Origin: Malacoraja senta
Lineage: Eukaryota
Length of the DNA: 64,000 nt
Assembly: GCA_038087875.1 (NCBI GenBank)
Contig: JAXLNO010000073.1
Location: 682,001 to 746,000, forward strand
Direction of reading: 5' to 3'
The position numbers and the translations under genes are program-made. Below are positions 11,704 to 23,349 of this stretch, in pieces. Each line of letters starts with the position of its first letter. Position 1 is the first letter of the stretch. The notes beneath the pieces are model-generated. The model had not been told where the DNA came from and did not search any database. It was given only the letters and a program-made list of their open reading frames with translations.

Positions 11704-14400
11704 TTAGACTAAGTGGGACCCGTTGGGTCCCATGTTCACACGGGAGGGCTGGTCCCCCAACGCAATATTCCACCTCTCCACCAATTCCAATATTGTTGGC
11801 CAGTGGGGGAGGCACTTCCTGGAGCGCTAGTATGGGTGTTGTGGGCTGAAGGGACTGGTTTCCAGAGGGCTAGTATGGACATGGCGGGCCAAATGGATTA
11901 TTGGGGTGGCAGCTCAATCACTCAAGCCTGATATGCTGACAGCTCACTGACGGCTGATGGGCTGGCAGTTGAATCACGGCTATTCCTTGAAATACCGTTT
12001 CAAGCAGGGTGCAAGGCCACCAAATTCAAGTGTAGTTTCATGCCATTTCAAGCAGGGTGCTAGGCAACCAAATTCAAGTGCAGTTTCATACCACTTCAAG
12101 CAGGGTGCAAGTCGACCAAATTCAAGTGCAGTTTCATACCATTTCAAGCTGGGTGCCATGCCACCAAATTCAAGTGCAGTTTCCGACCACTTCAAGCAGG
12201 GTGCAAGGCCACCAAATTCAAGTGCAGTTTCGTACCACTTCAAGCAGGGTGCAAGGCCACCAAATTCAAATGCAGTTTCATACCACTTCAAGCAGGGTGC
12301 AAGGCCATCAAATTCAAGTGCAGTTTAATACTACTTCAAGCAGGGTGCAAGACCACCAAATTCAAGTGAAGTTTCATGCCACTTCAAGCCAGGTGCAAGG
12401 CCACCAAATTCAAGTGCAGTTTCATGCTATTTCAAGCAGGGTACAAGGCCATCAAATTCAAGTGCAGTTTCTGACCACTTCAAGCAGGATGCAAGGCCAC
12501 CAAATTTAAGTGCAGTTTCATACCACTTTAAGCAGGGTGCAAGGCCACCAAATTCAAGTGCAGTTTCGTACCACTTCAAGCAGGATGCAAGGCCACCAAA
12601 TTCAAGTGCAGTTTCCTACCACTTCAAGCAGGGTGCAAGGACACCAAATTCAAATGCAGTTTCATACCATTTCATGCAGGGTGCAAGGCCACCACATTCA
12701 AATGCAGTTTCATACCATTTCAAGCAGGGTGAAACCACCATAAAACCACACAAAACTCCTCGTAAACACCACACACACCGTTCAATAGACATTCAGTGTG
12801 TTCAGTTAATTCATAGCTCAAACAGAGTCATGATCGTGATCGTGATCGTGATCGTGATCGTGATCGTGATCGTGATCGTGATCGTGACCTCTCCCTCCCC
12901 CATCTGGCAGAGACTGAGCCACTTCCGGGTTTTATAATCCCTCCCCCTCCCACCAGAAGGGGCGTGGCCTTCATGGCGTGATTGACAGGAGAGAGATTCT
13001 CAACATTTTTTAAACACTATTAACACTTTTATTTTTCATTGATGGGAAGAATCCTCTGCATGATGAGCGGAGGGGGATTGAGTAAGATGACCAAAAATCA
13101 CAGCCGTAAGAGGTAGCGTTTTATCTAAAATCAATATACAGTGCAAACAGGAAGTTGTCAAGTTACCACCACCAACCGCCATTTGCCGTGCTTCACTTCA
13201 AACCCACCATCACCAACAGCCATTTGCCGCGCTTCACTCCAAACCAACCACCACCACCAGCCATTTGCTGCGCTTCACTCCAAACCCACCACCAGCCATT
13301 TGCCGCGCTCCACTCCAAACCCACCACCACCAACAGCCATTTGCCGCGCTTCACTGCAAACCCACCACAACCAACAGCAATTTGCCGCTCTTCACTGCAA
13401 TCCCACCACCACCAACAGCCATTTGCCACGCTTCACTCCAAACCCACCACCACAAACAGCCATTTGCCGCGCTTCATTCCAAACCCACCACCACCAACAG
13501 CCATTTGCCGCGCTTCACTCCAAACCCACCAACAGCCATTTGCCGTGCTTCACTGCAAACCCACCACCACCAACAGCCATTTGCCGCGCTTCACTCCAAA
13601 CCCACCAACAGCCATTTGCCGTGCTTCACTGCAAACCCACCACCACCAACAGCCATTTGCCGCCCTTCACTCCAAACCAACCACAGCCATTTGCCGCGCT
13701 TCACTCCAAACCCACCACCACCAACAGCCATTTGCCGCGCTTCACTCCAAACCCACCACTACCAACAGCCATTTGCTGCGCTTCACTCCAAACCCACCAC
13801 AACCAACAGCCATTTGCCGCTCTTCACTGCAAACCCACCACCACCAACAGCCATTTGCTGCTCTTCACTGCAACCCCACCGCCACCAACAGCCATTTGCC
13901 GTGCTTCACTCCAAACCCACCACTACCAACAGCCATTTGCCATGCTTCACTCGAAACCCACCATCACCTACAGCCATTTGCCGTGCTTCACTTCAAACCA
14001 ACCACATTTTCATTTACAAACCATATTAAGGGCACTCAAGGTCAGTATACCACATTGACAGTTTAGTAGACATGTGTTCAGTGTTATTCACAGCTCACAC
14101 TGAGAGACGTAACCCTCTCGCTCCCCCATCTTGCAGAGACTGACTGAGGCACTCAACACTTCCAGGTTTCATCGTCCCTCCAGAAGGGGCGTGGCCTTCA
14201 GGAGAGAGAATCTCAACATTTTTTAAACACTAATAACTCTTTTATTTTTCATCGATGGGAAAAATCCTCTTGTCCGGCACAGCGGAGGGGGCCTCTGAGT
14301 AAGATGGCCAAAAATCAGAGCCGTAAGTGGTCGCGTTTTTTCTAAAATCAATATACAGGACAACAGGAAGTGGTCAAGATCAGACTTTTAGTAACATAGA
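11704..14400 (-). mobile_element. Non-autonomous Helitron (duplicated copy)
   Basis: Same termini, hairpin and A|T insertion site as 5482-8340. Confidence 0.85.
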
Positions 14401-15997
14401 TGAGATGCCTAGAGAAGGTAGACAGTCAGAATATTTTTCCCATGGTGCAAATGTCAAGGTTGAGAGGGAAGAGCTTTAAGGTGAGAGGGGAAAATCGTAA
14501 AGGAGATGTGCGGTGCAAGTTTTACAATACGATACGACACGATAGAACTTTATTTAACCCAGGAGGGAAATTGATTTGCCAACAGTCATAAAAACACAAA
14601 ATACATGAAACATGAAATTAAAGTGACGAGTGGAAAGGCTTGGCGGATGTGCAAAGATTACGTGGGAGGGGAGTCAGTCTCAGTCTACCCCACGACAGAA
14701 GGGGGAGGAGTTGTAGTTTGATAGCCACTGGGAAGAAGGATCTCCTGTGGCGTTCTGTGCTGCATCTTTGTGGGACCAGTCTGTTGCTGAAGATGCTCCT
14801 CAGGTTGACCAATATGTCACAGAGGGGGTGAGCTGTATTGTCCAGGATGCTCCACAGTTTGAGGAGCATCCTCCCCTCCAAGACCACCTCCCGTGAATCC
14901 AACAGCCCGCAGGACGGAGCCGGCCTTCCTGATGAGCTTGTTGATCCCGTTGACGTTCGTGGCCATCGCCCTGCTGCCCCAGCACACGGCAGCGAAGAAG
15001 ACGGCACTGGCCACCACCGATTGGTAGAACATCTGTAGCATCTCATTGCAGACGTTGAAGGAGCAGAGCCTTCTCAGAAAGCTCTGTCCCTTCTTGTACA
15101 GGGCCTCAGCGTTCTTGGACCAGTCCCATTTACTGAAGATAGACACCAAATGCTGTAGTAACTCAGCGGGACAGGCAGCATCTCTGGAGAGAGGGAATGG
15201 GTGATGTTTTGGGTCGAGACCCTTCTTCAGACTGATGCTATTTGTACAAGGTATTTGTACTCCATGGTAAACTGTTTAACAGACCACGGAAAGCATCTGC
15301 AACACGCTGCCAAGGGCGGTGATGGAGGCAGATAGGACAGTTCCTTCTCTCCAGAGATGCTGCCTGTCCCGCTGAATTTACTCCAGCATTTTGCGTTTGA
15401 TCTCCTAGAAACATAGAAAAATAGGTGCAGGAGTTGGCCATTCGGCCCTTCAAGCCAGCACCGCCATTCAATATGATCATGGCTGATCTACTAAAATCAG
15501 TACCCCCGTTCCAGCTGATTCCAGAGGTGGTAGATCAGTCAGGGACTATCCCAACGTTTAAGAAACAGTTTAGGACAGATTTGGAGGGATATGGGCCAAT
15601 GCGGGCAGGTGGGACTATTGTATCTGGGACATGTTGGCCGGTGTGGGCAAGGTGGACTGAAGGGCCTGTTTCCACACTATCACCCTATGACTAACTCTCG
15701 TCAGAGAGAGGAGAACTTCTTCAAAGTAGACATATCTTGAGGAGAATTTGCAGTGGAGCAGACAAAATGTGTAGGAAGGAACTGCAGATGCTGGTTTAAA
15801 CTGAAGATAGACACAAAGTTCTGGAGTAACTCAGCGGGACAGGCAGCATCTCTGGAGAGTAGGAATAGGTGACGTTTCAGGTCGAGACCCTTCTTCATAC
15901 TGGTAACATTCGTACTTCATCTTTTCTCTCCGCATTGTCCTGGTTGACACGTGGAATTCTGCCATGTGAACACGTTTAAACCTTTGTTTTTCTTTAG

Positions 15998-16279
15998 ATG
16001 CTCCACAGAATCTCTCAATCACTTCCCACGACGACGCGAACAGTTCCCGGGTCAGTGTAAAGGAAGGAAACTCTGTAGCGATCCTCTGCTCCGTCCAGAG
16101 TTTCCCAACATCTAACCTGACGTGGAGACATCTGGGTGGCACGCTGAACACAACACGTTCCAGCAACGAGCTGTGGATGGAGTTCATTCAGCTGACACGG
16201 CAGGATGCCGGGGTCTATCAGTGTGTGGCGGAGAATGAACACGGGACAGCAGAGAGGGATGTGACCCTCACTGTAGAAT
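15998..16279 (+). CDS. Ig-domain exon, copy 3 (membrane-proximal)
   Basis: tttttctttAG|ATGCTCC ... GAAT|GTGAGT, 282 nt, open frame: YAPQNLSITSHDDANSSRVSVKEGNSVAILCSVQSFPTSNLTWRHLGGTLNTTRSSNELWMEFIQLTRQDAGVYQCVAENEHGTAERDVTLTVE. Not in the ORF track; found by homology to copies 1 and 2. Confidence 0.9.
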
Positions 16280-17684
16280 GTGAGTAGACACACACTGACA
16301 CGTCCCTCGAAACGTCATAAGTGATAGGAGCAGAATTAGATTGCTGAATGACCAAGTCTACTCCGCCATTCAATCATGGCTGATCTATCTCTCCCTCCTA
16401 ACCCTATTCTCCTGCCTTCTCATTCAGCCATAGAGTTATAGAGCCATAGAATCAGTGATAGAGCGTCATCCAGCGTGGAAACAGGCCCTTTGGCTCAACT
16501 TGCTTTCAATGGCCTACATGTCCCAGCTACACCCACCTGCACACGTTTGGCCCACATCCCCCCAAACCTGTCCTATCCATGTACCTATCCACATCTGTTT
16601 CTTAAACACTGGGATAGACCCTGCCTCAACTACCTCCTCTGGCAGCTCGTTCCATACACCAACTACCCTTTGTATGAAAAAGTCACCCCCAAGATTCCTG
16701 TTAAATCTTTTCCACCTTCACCTTGAGCCTATGTCCTCTCCGCATTGTCATCTACTCATCTACTCTGGGCAAAAGACTCTGTGCGTCTACTCTCATGATT
16801 CCTCATGAATATTCTCTGCACTCTTTCCAGCTTAACGACATCCTTCCTAGAGCAGGGTGACCAAAACTGAACGCAATACTCCAAATGCAGCCTCACCAAC
16901 GTCTTGCACAACAAGTATCTGACATCTGCGGTAGGCATGAAAATATTGAGTCATAGTCACATCGTATGAAAACAGGCCCATATCCCTCTAAAGTGTTCTC
17001 ATAGAGTGATACAGCATGGAAACAGGCCCTTCCGCCCAACTTGCCCACACCGGCCAACATGCCCCAGCTACACTAGTCCCACCTGCCTGCGCTTGGTCAA
17101 TATCCCTCCAAATCTGTCCTGTCCATGTACCTGTATCTGTTTCTTATACGTTGGGATAGTCCCAGCCTCAACTACCTCCTCTGGCAGCTCGTTCCATACA
17201 TCCACCACCCTCTGTGTGAAAATGTTACCCCTCAGATTCCTATTAAATCTTTTCCCCCTCACCTTAAACGTACGTCCGCTGGTGTTCGATTCCCCTACGC
17301 TGGGCAAGAGACTCTGTGCATCTATCCGATCTAATCCTCTCATGACTTTATACACCACTATAAGACCACGTTACAGTTTAGTTTATTGTCATGTGTACCG
17401 AGGTACTGTGAAAAGCATTTGTTGCAAGCTAACCAGTCAATGGAAAGACTGTACATGATTACAATCGAGCCATTTACAGTTTAGATACATGATATGAGAA
17501 TAATGTTTAGTGCAAGGTAAAGCCAGCAACGTTCGGTCAAGGGTAGTCCAAGGGTCACCAGTGAGGTAGATAGTAGTTCAGCACTGCTCTCTGGTAGTGA
17601 TAGGATGGTCCAAGATGTATCTGTGGTTAGTTTAGTTCAGTTTAGTTTAATGTCACGTCTACCAAGGTACAGTGAAAAGCTTTT

Positions 17685-18152
17685 GTCGTGTGCAGAAAGT
17701 TGTGGAAGCAACCCAGGCCATCACACAAACCAACCTCCCTACCATCGACCCCATCTGCACCTCATGCTGCCTCAGCAAGGCCAGCAGCATAATCAAGGAC
17801 CAGTCTCACCCCGGCCACTCCATCTTCTCCCCTCTCCCATCAGGCAAGAGGTACAGAAGTGTGAAAATGCACACCCCCAGATTCAGGGAGTTACTTTCCA
17901 GCTGTTATCAGGCAACTGAAGCATCCTACCACAACTAGAGAGCAGTCCTGAACTACTATCTACCTCATTGGTGACCCTCGGACTATCTTTGATTGGACTT
18001 TGCTGGCTTTAACTTGCACTAAACATTATTCCCTTATCATGTATCTGTACACTGGACGGCTCGATTGTAATTATGTATTGCCTTTCTGCTGACTGGATAG
18101 CATGCAACAAAAGCTTTTCACTGTACCTCGGTACACATGACAATAAACTTAA
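17685..18152 (+). mobile_element. Rex/Babar-like non-LTR 3' fragment
   Basis: KASSIIKDQSHPGHSIFSPLPSGKRYRS motif; AATAAA at the 3' end. Confidence 0.65.
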
Positions 18153-18191
18153 CTGTAAAAACTGAAAACACACCTCTGGTTGTTCTTACAG

Positions 18192-18288
18192 GTAAGAGCT
18201 TCAGTATTTGGATCGTAGTTTTGCTTACAGCAGGGATAATACTGATCACTGAACTAGCTGCATTCTTCATCTACAAGTATATACAGCG
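18192..18288 (+). CDS. Transmembrane exon of the IgSF receptor
   Basis: Acceptor tgttcttacAG and donor CG|GTAAGT; 97 nt, phase 1-2, in frame with the Ig exons. Encodes (C)KSFSIWIVVLLTAGIILITELAAFFIYKYIQ(R), a hydrophobic stretch followed by basic stop-transfer residues. Confidence 0.85.
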
Positions 18289-18382
18289 GTAAGTGTAAAT
18301 AATTCCACATTTTTATTTCCAAATCTATCCCTTTGTCATCTGCTTCTTATGACTGCTTCTGCCAGGCTATCTTCTGTTCATA

Positions 18383-18650
18383 GACACAAAATGCTGGAGT
18401 AACTCATCAGGTCAGGCAGCATCTCTGGAGAACACGGATTGGCATAAAATGCTGGAGTAACTCATCAGGTCCGGCAGCATCTCTCGAGAACGTGGATAGG
18501 TAGAAAGTGCTGGAGTAACTCAGCGGATCAGGCAGCATCTCTGGAGAACTTGGGTAGGCATAAAGTGCTGGAGTGACTCAGCGGGTCAGGCAGCATCTTT
18601 GGAGATTAAGGATTAGGTGACATTTCGGGTTGGGACCTTCTTCAAACTGA
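18383..18650 (-). repeat. Four ~58-bp tandem repeats derived from a Penelope-like element terminus
   Basis: AA(A/G)TGCTGGAGTAACTCA...GGCAGCATCTCTGGAGAAC repeated four times, followed by a degenerate hammerhead-like motif. Confidence 0.6.
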
Positions 18651-18699
18651 AAGGTTGAGAAAGCCAGAAAAAAAACAGCTGGCAACAGATGACCTTTGG

Positions 18700-19240
18700 A
18701 CTATTGTGAGCCGTTTTGGGCCCCATATCTGAGGAAGGATGTGCTGGCTGTGGAGAGGGTCCAGAGGAATGATTGGGTTAACATATGATGAGCGTTCGAT
18801 GGCACTGGGCCTGTACTCGCTGGAGTTTAGAAGGATGAGGGGACACCTAATTGAAATTTAATTAATAGTGAAAGGCTTGGATTGAGTGGATGTAGAGAGG
18901 ATGTTTCCACTAGTGGAAGTCTAGGAACCAGAGGTCATAGCCTCAGAATTAAAGATCATTCCTTTTGGAAGCAGATGAGAGGAATTTCTTTAGTCAGAGG
19001 ATGGTGAATCTGTGGAATTCTTTGCTGCAGAAGGCTGTGGAGGCCAAGTCAATGGATATTTTTAAGGCAGAGATAGATAGATTCTCGATTAGTACGGGTG
19101 TCAGGGGTTATGGGGAGAAGGCAGGAGAATGGGGTTAGGAGGGAGAGTTAGATCAGCCATGATTGAATGGTGGAGTAGACTTGATGGGCCGAATGGCTTA
19201 ATTCTGCTCCTATCATTAATTACCTCATAATCTTATGACC
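18700..19240 (+). mobile_element. CR1 LINE 3' fragment
   Basis: Degenerate CR1 ORF2 end plus the 3' UTR (GATCAGCCATGATTGAATGG...GGGCCGAATGG). Confidence 0.8.
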
Positions 19241-19327
19241 AACGTCTAATACAACTGCTACTTTGTACTTGGACTTTGCTGATGTGCAGATGTGCTGTAA
19301 ACTTGGTGTGATCTTCTGTTGCTCCAG

Positions 19328-19409
19328 GAGGGAAGATGTGACAACGGAGAAGGCTTCAGGAAACCAAGACACCAATGTGATCTACTGCCCACACTCTGCC
19401 ACCAATCAG
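19328..19409 (+). CDS. First cytoplasmic exon of the IgSF receptor
   Basis: Acceptor ttctgttgctccAG|G; phase 2 matches the TM exon. Encodes (R)REDVTTEKASGNQDTNVIYCPHSATNQ. Donor CAG|GTAGTC is weak. Confidence 0.7.
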
Positions 19410-20234
19410 GTAGTCGATCTCTGGATTTATTCTCAACTACAGATGATACAAAAGTGGACACTAAAATCTGGAGCAACTCAGCGGGACAGGCAGCATCTCT
19501 GGCGGTACATGGATAGGACAAGTTTGGAGGGATATGGACCAGGCCCTGGGACATGTTGGCCAGTGTGGGCAAGTTGGGCCGAAGGACTTGTTTCCACACT
19601 GTATCACTATGACTCTATATAGACGATAATGTAGAGAGATAAAGAACAATGAATGAAAGATATGCAAACAAAGTAACAATGGTGAAGGAAGCAGGCCACT
19701 GTTAGCAGTTTGTTGGTTGAAAATGAGAAGCTAGTGCGGCTTGGGTGGGGGAGGGATGCTGGGGCTACCTCAAGTGAGAGAAATCAATGTGCATATCACT
19801 GGGCTGTAAGCTGCCCAAGCGAAATATGAGATGCTGTTCCTCCAATTTTGCAACCGGGGGTATGAATATTGATTTATCTAACTATGTGTGAGTGTGTGAG
19901 AGAGATTGTGAGAGTGGGAGAGAGGGGTGTGAGAGTGAGAGAGTGGGTGTGAATGTGAGAGAAAGTTTGAGAAAGAGAGGGAGACAGTGCGAGAGGGGGA
20001 GAGAGAGTATGAAACTGCGAGTGTGAGAGAGAGTGCGGGAGTGTGATAGTGTGACAGAGAGAGAGAGTGAGAGTGTGTGAGTGAGAGTGCATGAGAGGAG
20101 AACATAAACAACATGGCTCAACCTGGGTCTGTGGTAGTTCAGTTGTGAACCTTGTCGCTGATGGTATTAAATGTCAGGCCACACCGCGCCTGTACTAAAC
20201 CCACAACTGCCCGTCTGCTTCCCTTTCCTTCCAG

Positions 20235-20417
20235 AGTGGAGAGGACGGGCCGGCGTCAGAGGAGCTGAAAGGAGGAGGGGAATCGGAAGATGGGGAAGAG
20301 CGAGCGGCCGTGTACGCCAACCTGCGGGAGCTGACGAGCAGCAGAGACACCGTGCACAGTGGCGAGGGGGTGGAATACGCTGAGCTCTGGTTCCAGTCAA
20401 AGCAGGGGAAGGAGTAG
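20235..20417 (+). CDS. Terminal cytoplasmic exon with ITIM motifs
   Basis: Strong acceptor cttccctttccttccAG, phase 0. Encodes SGEDGPASEELKGGGESEDGEERAAVYANLRELTSSRDTVHSGEGVEYAELWFQSKQGKE*, containing AVYANL (20307-20324) and VEYAEL (20370-20387). Confidence 0.85.
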   Translation, partial: SGEDGPASEELKGGGESEDGEERAAVYANLRELTSSRDTVHSGEGVEYAELWFQSKQGKE

Positions 20418-20630
20418 GAGGGAGGAGGGAGGGGCGTGAGGAGGGAGGGAAGGGAGGGGCAGTGAGGAGGGAGCGCCGTGCTGTGGGAGGGGCGGTGAGA
20501 AGGGAGGGGAGGGTAGGGAGGGGCGGTGAGGAGGGAGTGTTGTGCTGTGGGATGGGCGATGAAGAGGGAGAGCTACACCAGCCTTGGGTTTTAGATTAAT
20601 TAACCCTCTGTAGATGAAATAGTGGGATAA

Positions 20631-20893
20631 CATAGAACTAGTGTGTGAACGGAAGATCGATGGTCGGTGCGGACTCGGTGGGCCGAAGGGCCTGTTTCCA
20701 CGCTGTATCTCTAAACTAAACATAGAACTAGTGTGTGAATGGGTGATCGATGGTCGGTGCAGACTCAGTGGGCTGAAGGGCCTGTTTCCATACTGTATCT
20801 CTAAACTAAACATAGGACTAGTGTGTGAACGGATGATCGATGGTCGGTGCAGACTCAGTGGGCTGAAGGGCCTGTTTCCGTGCTGTATCTCTT
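20631..20893 (+). repeat. Three 90-bp tandem copies of a SINE 3' end, in the presumed receptor 3' UTR
   Basis: CATAG(A/G)ACTAGTGTGTGAA... starts at 20631, 20721 and 20811. Confidence 0.85.
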
Positions 20894-21699
20894 TTAAAAA
20901 GCCTTTGTTTCTTTAGAACACAGACTGTTCCGCAGGTAACTATTGACATTGACAATAATTGCTTCTATTGACACTGGTCAAATGATAGTCTGTTAAACAT
21001 ACAGTCTTTACCTGCAGTTACAAAAGTGACTCGTAGCTATTAAATGAGGAACTTTATTTTTTGAAAATCCTGTGGGATTTTTGCTAATGCTATTGTGAAA
21101 CTCTGAAACCCCCTCTTGCTCTTGTAGCGCCATGTTCTACAAGTTTCATAGCAAGCAGCTCTCTGTGTGGCATTGGTGAGTAAAAATAATAATGAAATGC
21201 CGACGCTGGAAATCTGACAAAGGGCAGCACGGTGGCGCAGCGGTAGAGTTGCTACCTCACAGCGCCAGAGACCCGGGTTTGATCCTGTCTACGGGTGCTG
21301 TCTGTGCGGAATTTGTACGTTCTCCGCGTGGGTTTTCTCCGGGATCTTCGGTTTCCCCGCACACTCCAAAGACGGGCAGGTTTGTAGGTTAATTGGCTTG
21401 GTGTAAATGTAAATGGTGCCTGGTGTGTGTAGTGAGCGGGGATCACTGGTCGGCGCTGACTCGGTGGGCCGAAGGTCCTGTTTCTGCGCTGTATCTCTAA
21501 ACTACACTAAACTAAAACGAATCAGTCATGGTCATCCAATAGTGGAGCAGGTGCAAGATTAATCCCGATACTATTTTTATTTCATTACATGTTTTCTGCA
21601 GAGGATTTGGATTTGTTGCATTTGTAAACAAAGAGATTAAAATGCTGAACCATTACAGTCACATGTCTCAGAATTATATTTTAAACATCTCTTTTATTT

Positions 21700-22995
21700 G
21701 ATTTTTGGTTTCCTAATTTGAGGAAGGACATTCTTGCTATTGAGGGAGTACAGCGTAGGTTCACCAGGTTAATTCCTGGGATGGCTGGACTGACATTTGA
21801 TGAAAGAATGGATCGACTGGGCTTGTATTCACTGGAATTAGATACAAGATACAAGATACATGTATTTGTCACATGTACCAATTGGTACAGTGAAATGTGT
21901 GGTCGCCATACAGCCATACGAATAATAAAGAGCACAGAACACAATAGTTTTTAACACAGACATCCCCACACAGCGGGATCAAAGTTTCCCACTGTGAGGG
22001 AAGGCTCCAAAATTCAGTCATCCTCCTCTGTTGTCCTCCCTTGGTCGGGGGGCTCCCGAGCCCCCGCTGTCGCCACTACGGGTGGCCCGATGTTCAAGCC
22101 CGCTCGCCGGGGTGATGGAAGTCCGACGTCGGGACTGGAGGGCATCCTCCGCAGCTTGGACATCCGAAAAGGCCACCTCCTACCAGAGTCCGCGGCTTCC
22201 GAAGTCCACAGACCGCGCCAGGCGGAGATTCAACGCTGGCGGCCCTCGGCAAATGGCCCCAGGTCTCCGCAATGTTGAAGACAGCGCCGGCCGCGCTGGA
22301 AGCTCTGCAGCTCCGATGTAGATGCAGCAGGCCCAGCGCTCCGGAGCCTCCACGGCGATCCCAGGTAAGGCATCGCCCGCTCCGCTGTGAATCCAGCGTT
22401 GCGCCGCCACTGCTGGAGCTCTGGTCCGGTCCCCGGCAGGAAAGGCCGCTCCAATCCAGGTGGTAGGCCGCGAGGAGGGGGGCGAGGACGCGACTCGGAG
22501 AATAGTCGCGTCCTCGCCAGGAAGTGACTGGGAAACGGTTTCCCCCTTACCCTACCCCCCTCCCCCACATAGAAAAGTTAGAGAAACTAAAGGCACATTT
22601 AGAAGGATGAGAGGATATCTTATAAAACATATAAAATCCTTAAGGGATTGGACAGGCTAGATGCAGGAAAAATGTTCCCGATGTTGGGGGGAGTCCAGAA
22701 CCAGGGGTCACAGTTTAAGAATAAGGGGTTGGCCATTTGGGACTGAGATGAGGAAAATCGTTTTCACCCAGAGAGTTGTGAATCTGGGAATTCTCTGCCA
22801 CAGAAGGTAGTTGAGGCCAATTCACTGGATGTTTTCAAGAGTTAGATTTAGCTCTTTAGGCTAACGGAATTAAGGGATATGGGGAGAAAGCAGGAACTGG
22901 GTACTGATTTTGGTTGATTAGCCGTGATCATATTCAATGGCGGTGCTGGCTCGAAGGGCCGAATGGCCTACTCCTGCACCTATTTTCTATGTTTC
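21700..22995 (+). mobile_element. CR1 LINE fragment interrupted by a ~760-bp antisense insertion (~21840-22596)
   Basis: RKDILAIEGVQRRFTRLIPGM...LYSLE breaks at ~21839 and resumes as TTTAGAAGGATGAGAGG at ~22597. The insert has a (GATACAA)n tail and a GC-rich body. Confidence 0.8.
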
Positions 22996-23349
22996 CGTGC
23001 TTTATCTCTAAACTAAACTAAAGCCTTCCCATTACATTCCTGTCTAAATATCTTGTAAAAGTCACGATTTTGTCCTTTCTAAAGCTTCCTTTTTAAAAAA
23101 ATTTCAAAATATACTTTATTCGAGAAATAAATATATCCAATACATGATCCTTACAATACTCCATCCAACATTCTTGGAGGCTATACATACATTCAATAAT
23201 GTTTACACAAATTTATCCCCCACCTTTGCCACTCATGTGGCCCACTGGCGTGGAATCCCTTCCCTTATTTTTGAGGGGTATCTCCACCACGCCCTGCACC
23301 CCATGTCCAGCAGCGGAAGGACCGTAGACTGTGGTCCTCCCTCACCGAG

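Larger units (their letters stand above)
1..16790. repeat. Tandem segmental duplication, ~6.05-6.2-kb unit, ~2.7 copies visible (continues left of the window)
   Basis: Ig exon spacing is 6212 and 6053 nt. The intronic Helitron, Rex1, SINE and CR1 pieces recur in the same order at near identity. Homology ends at ~16790 inside a CR1 fragment. Confidence 0.95.

Noticed and set aside
19376..19393. VIYCPH as a third ITIM
   Set aside because: Lacks the hydrophobic Y+3 residue.
21221..21290. tRNA gene
   Set aside because: tRNA-like head of a SINE that continues into the SINE core and (CTAAA)n tail.
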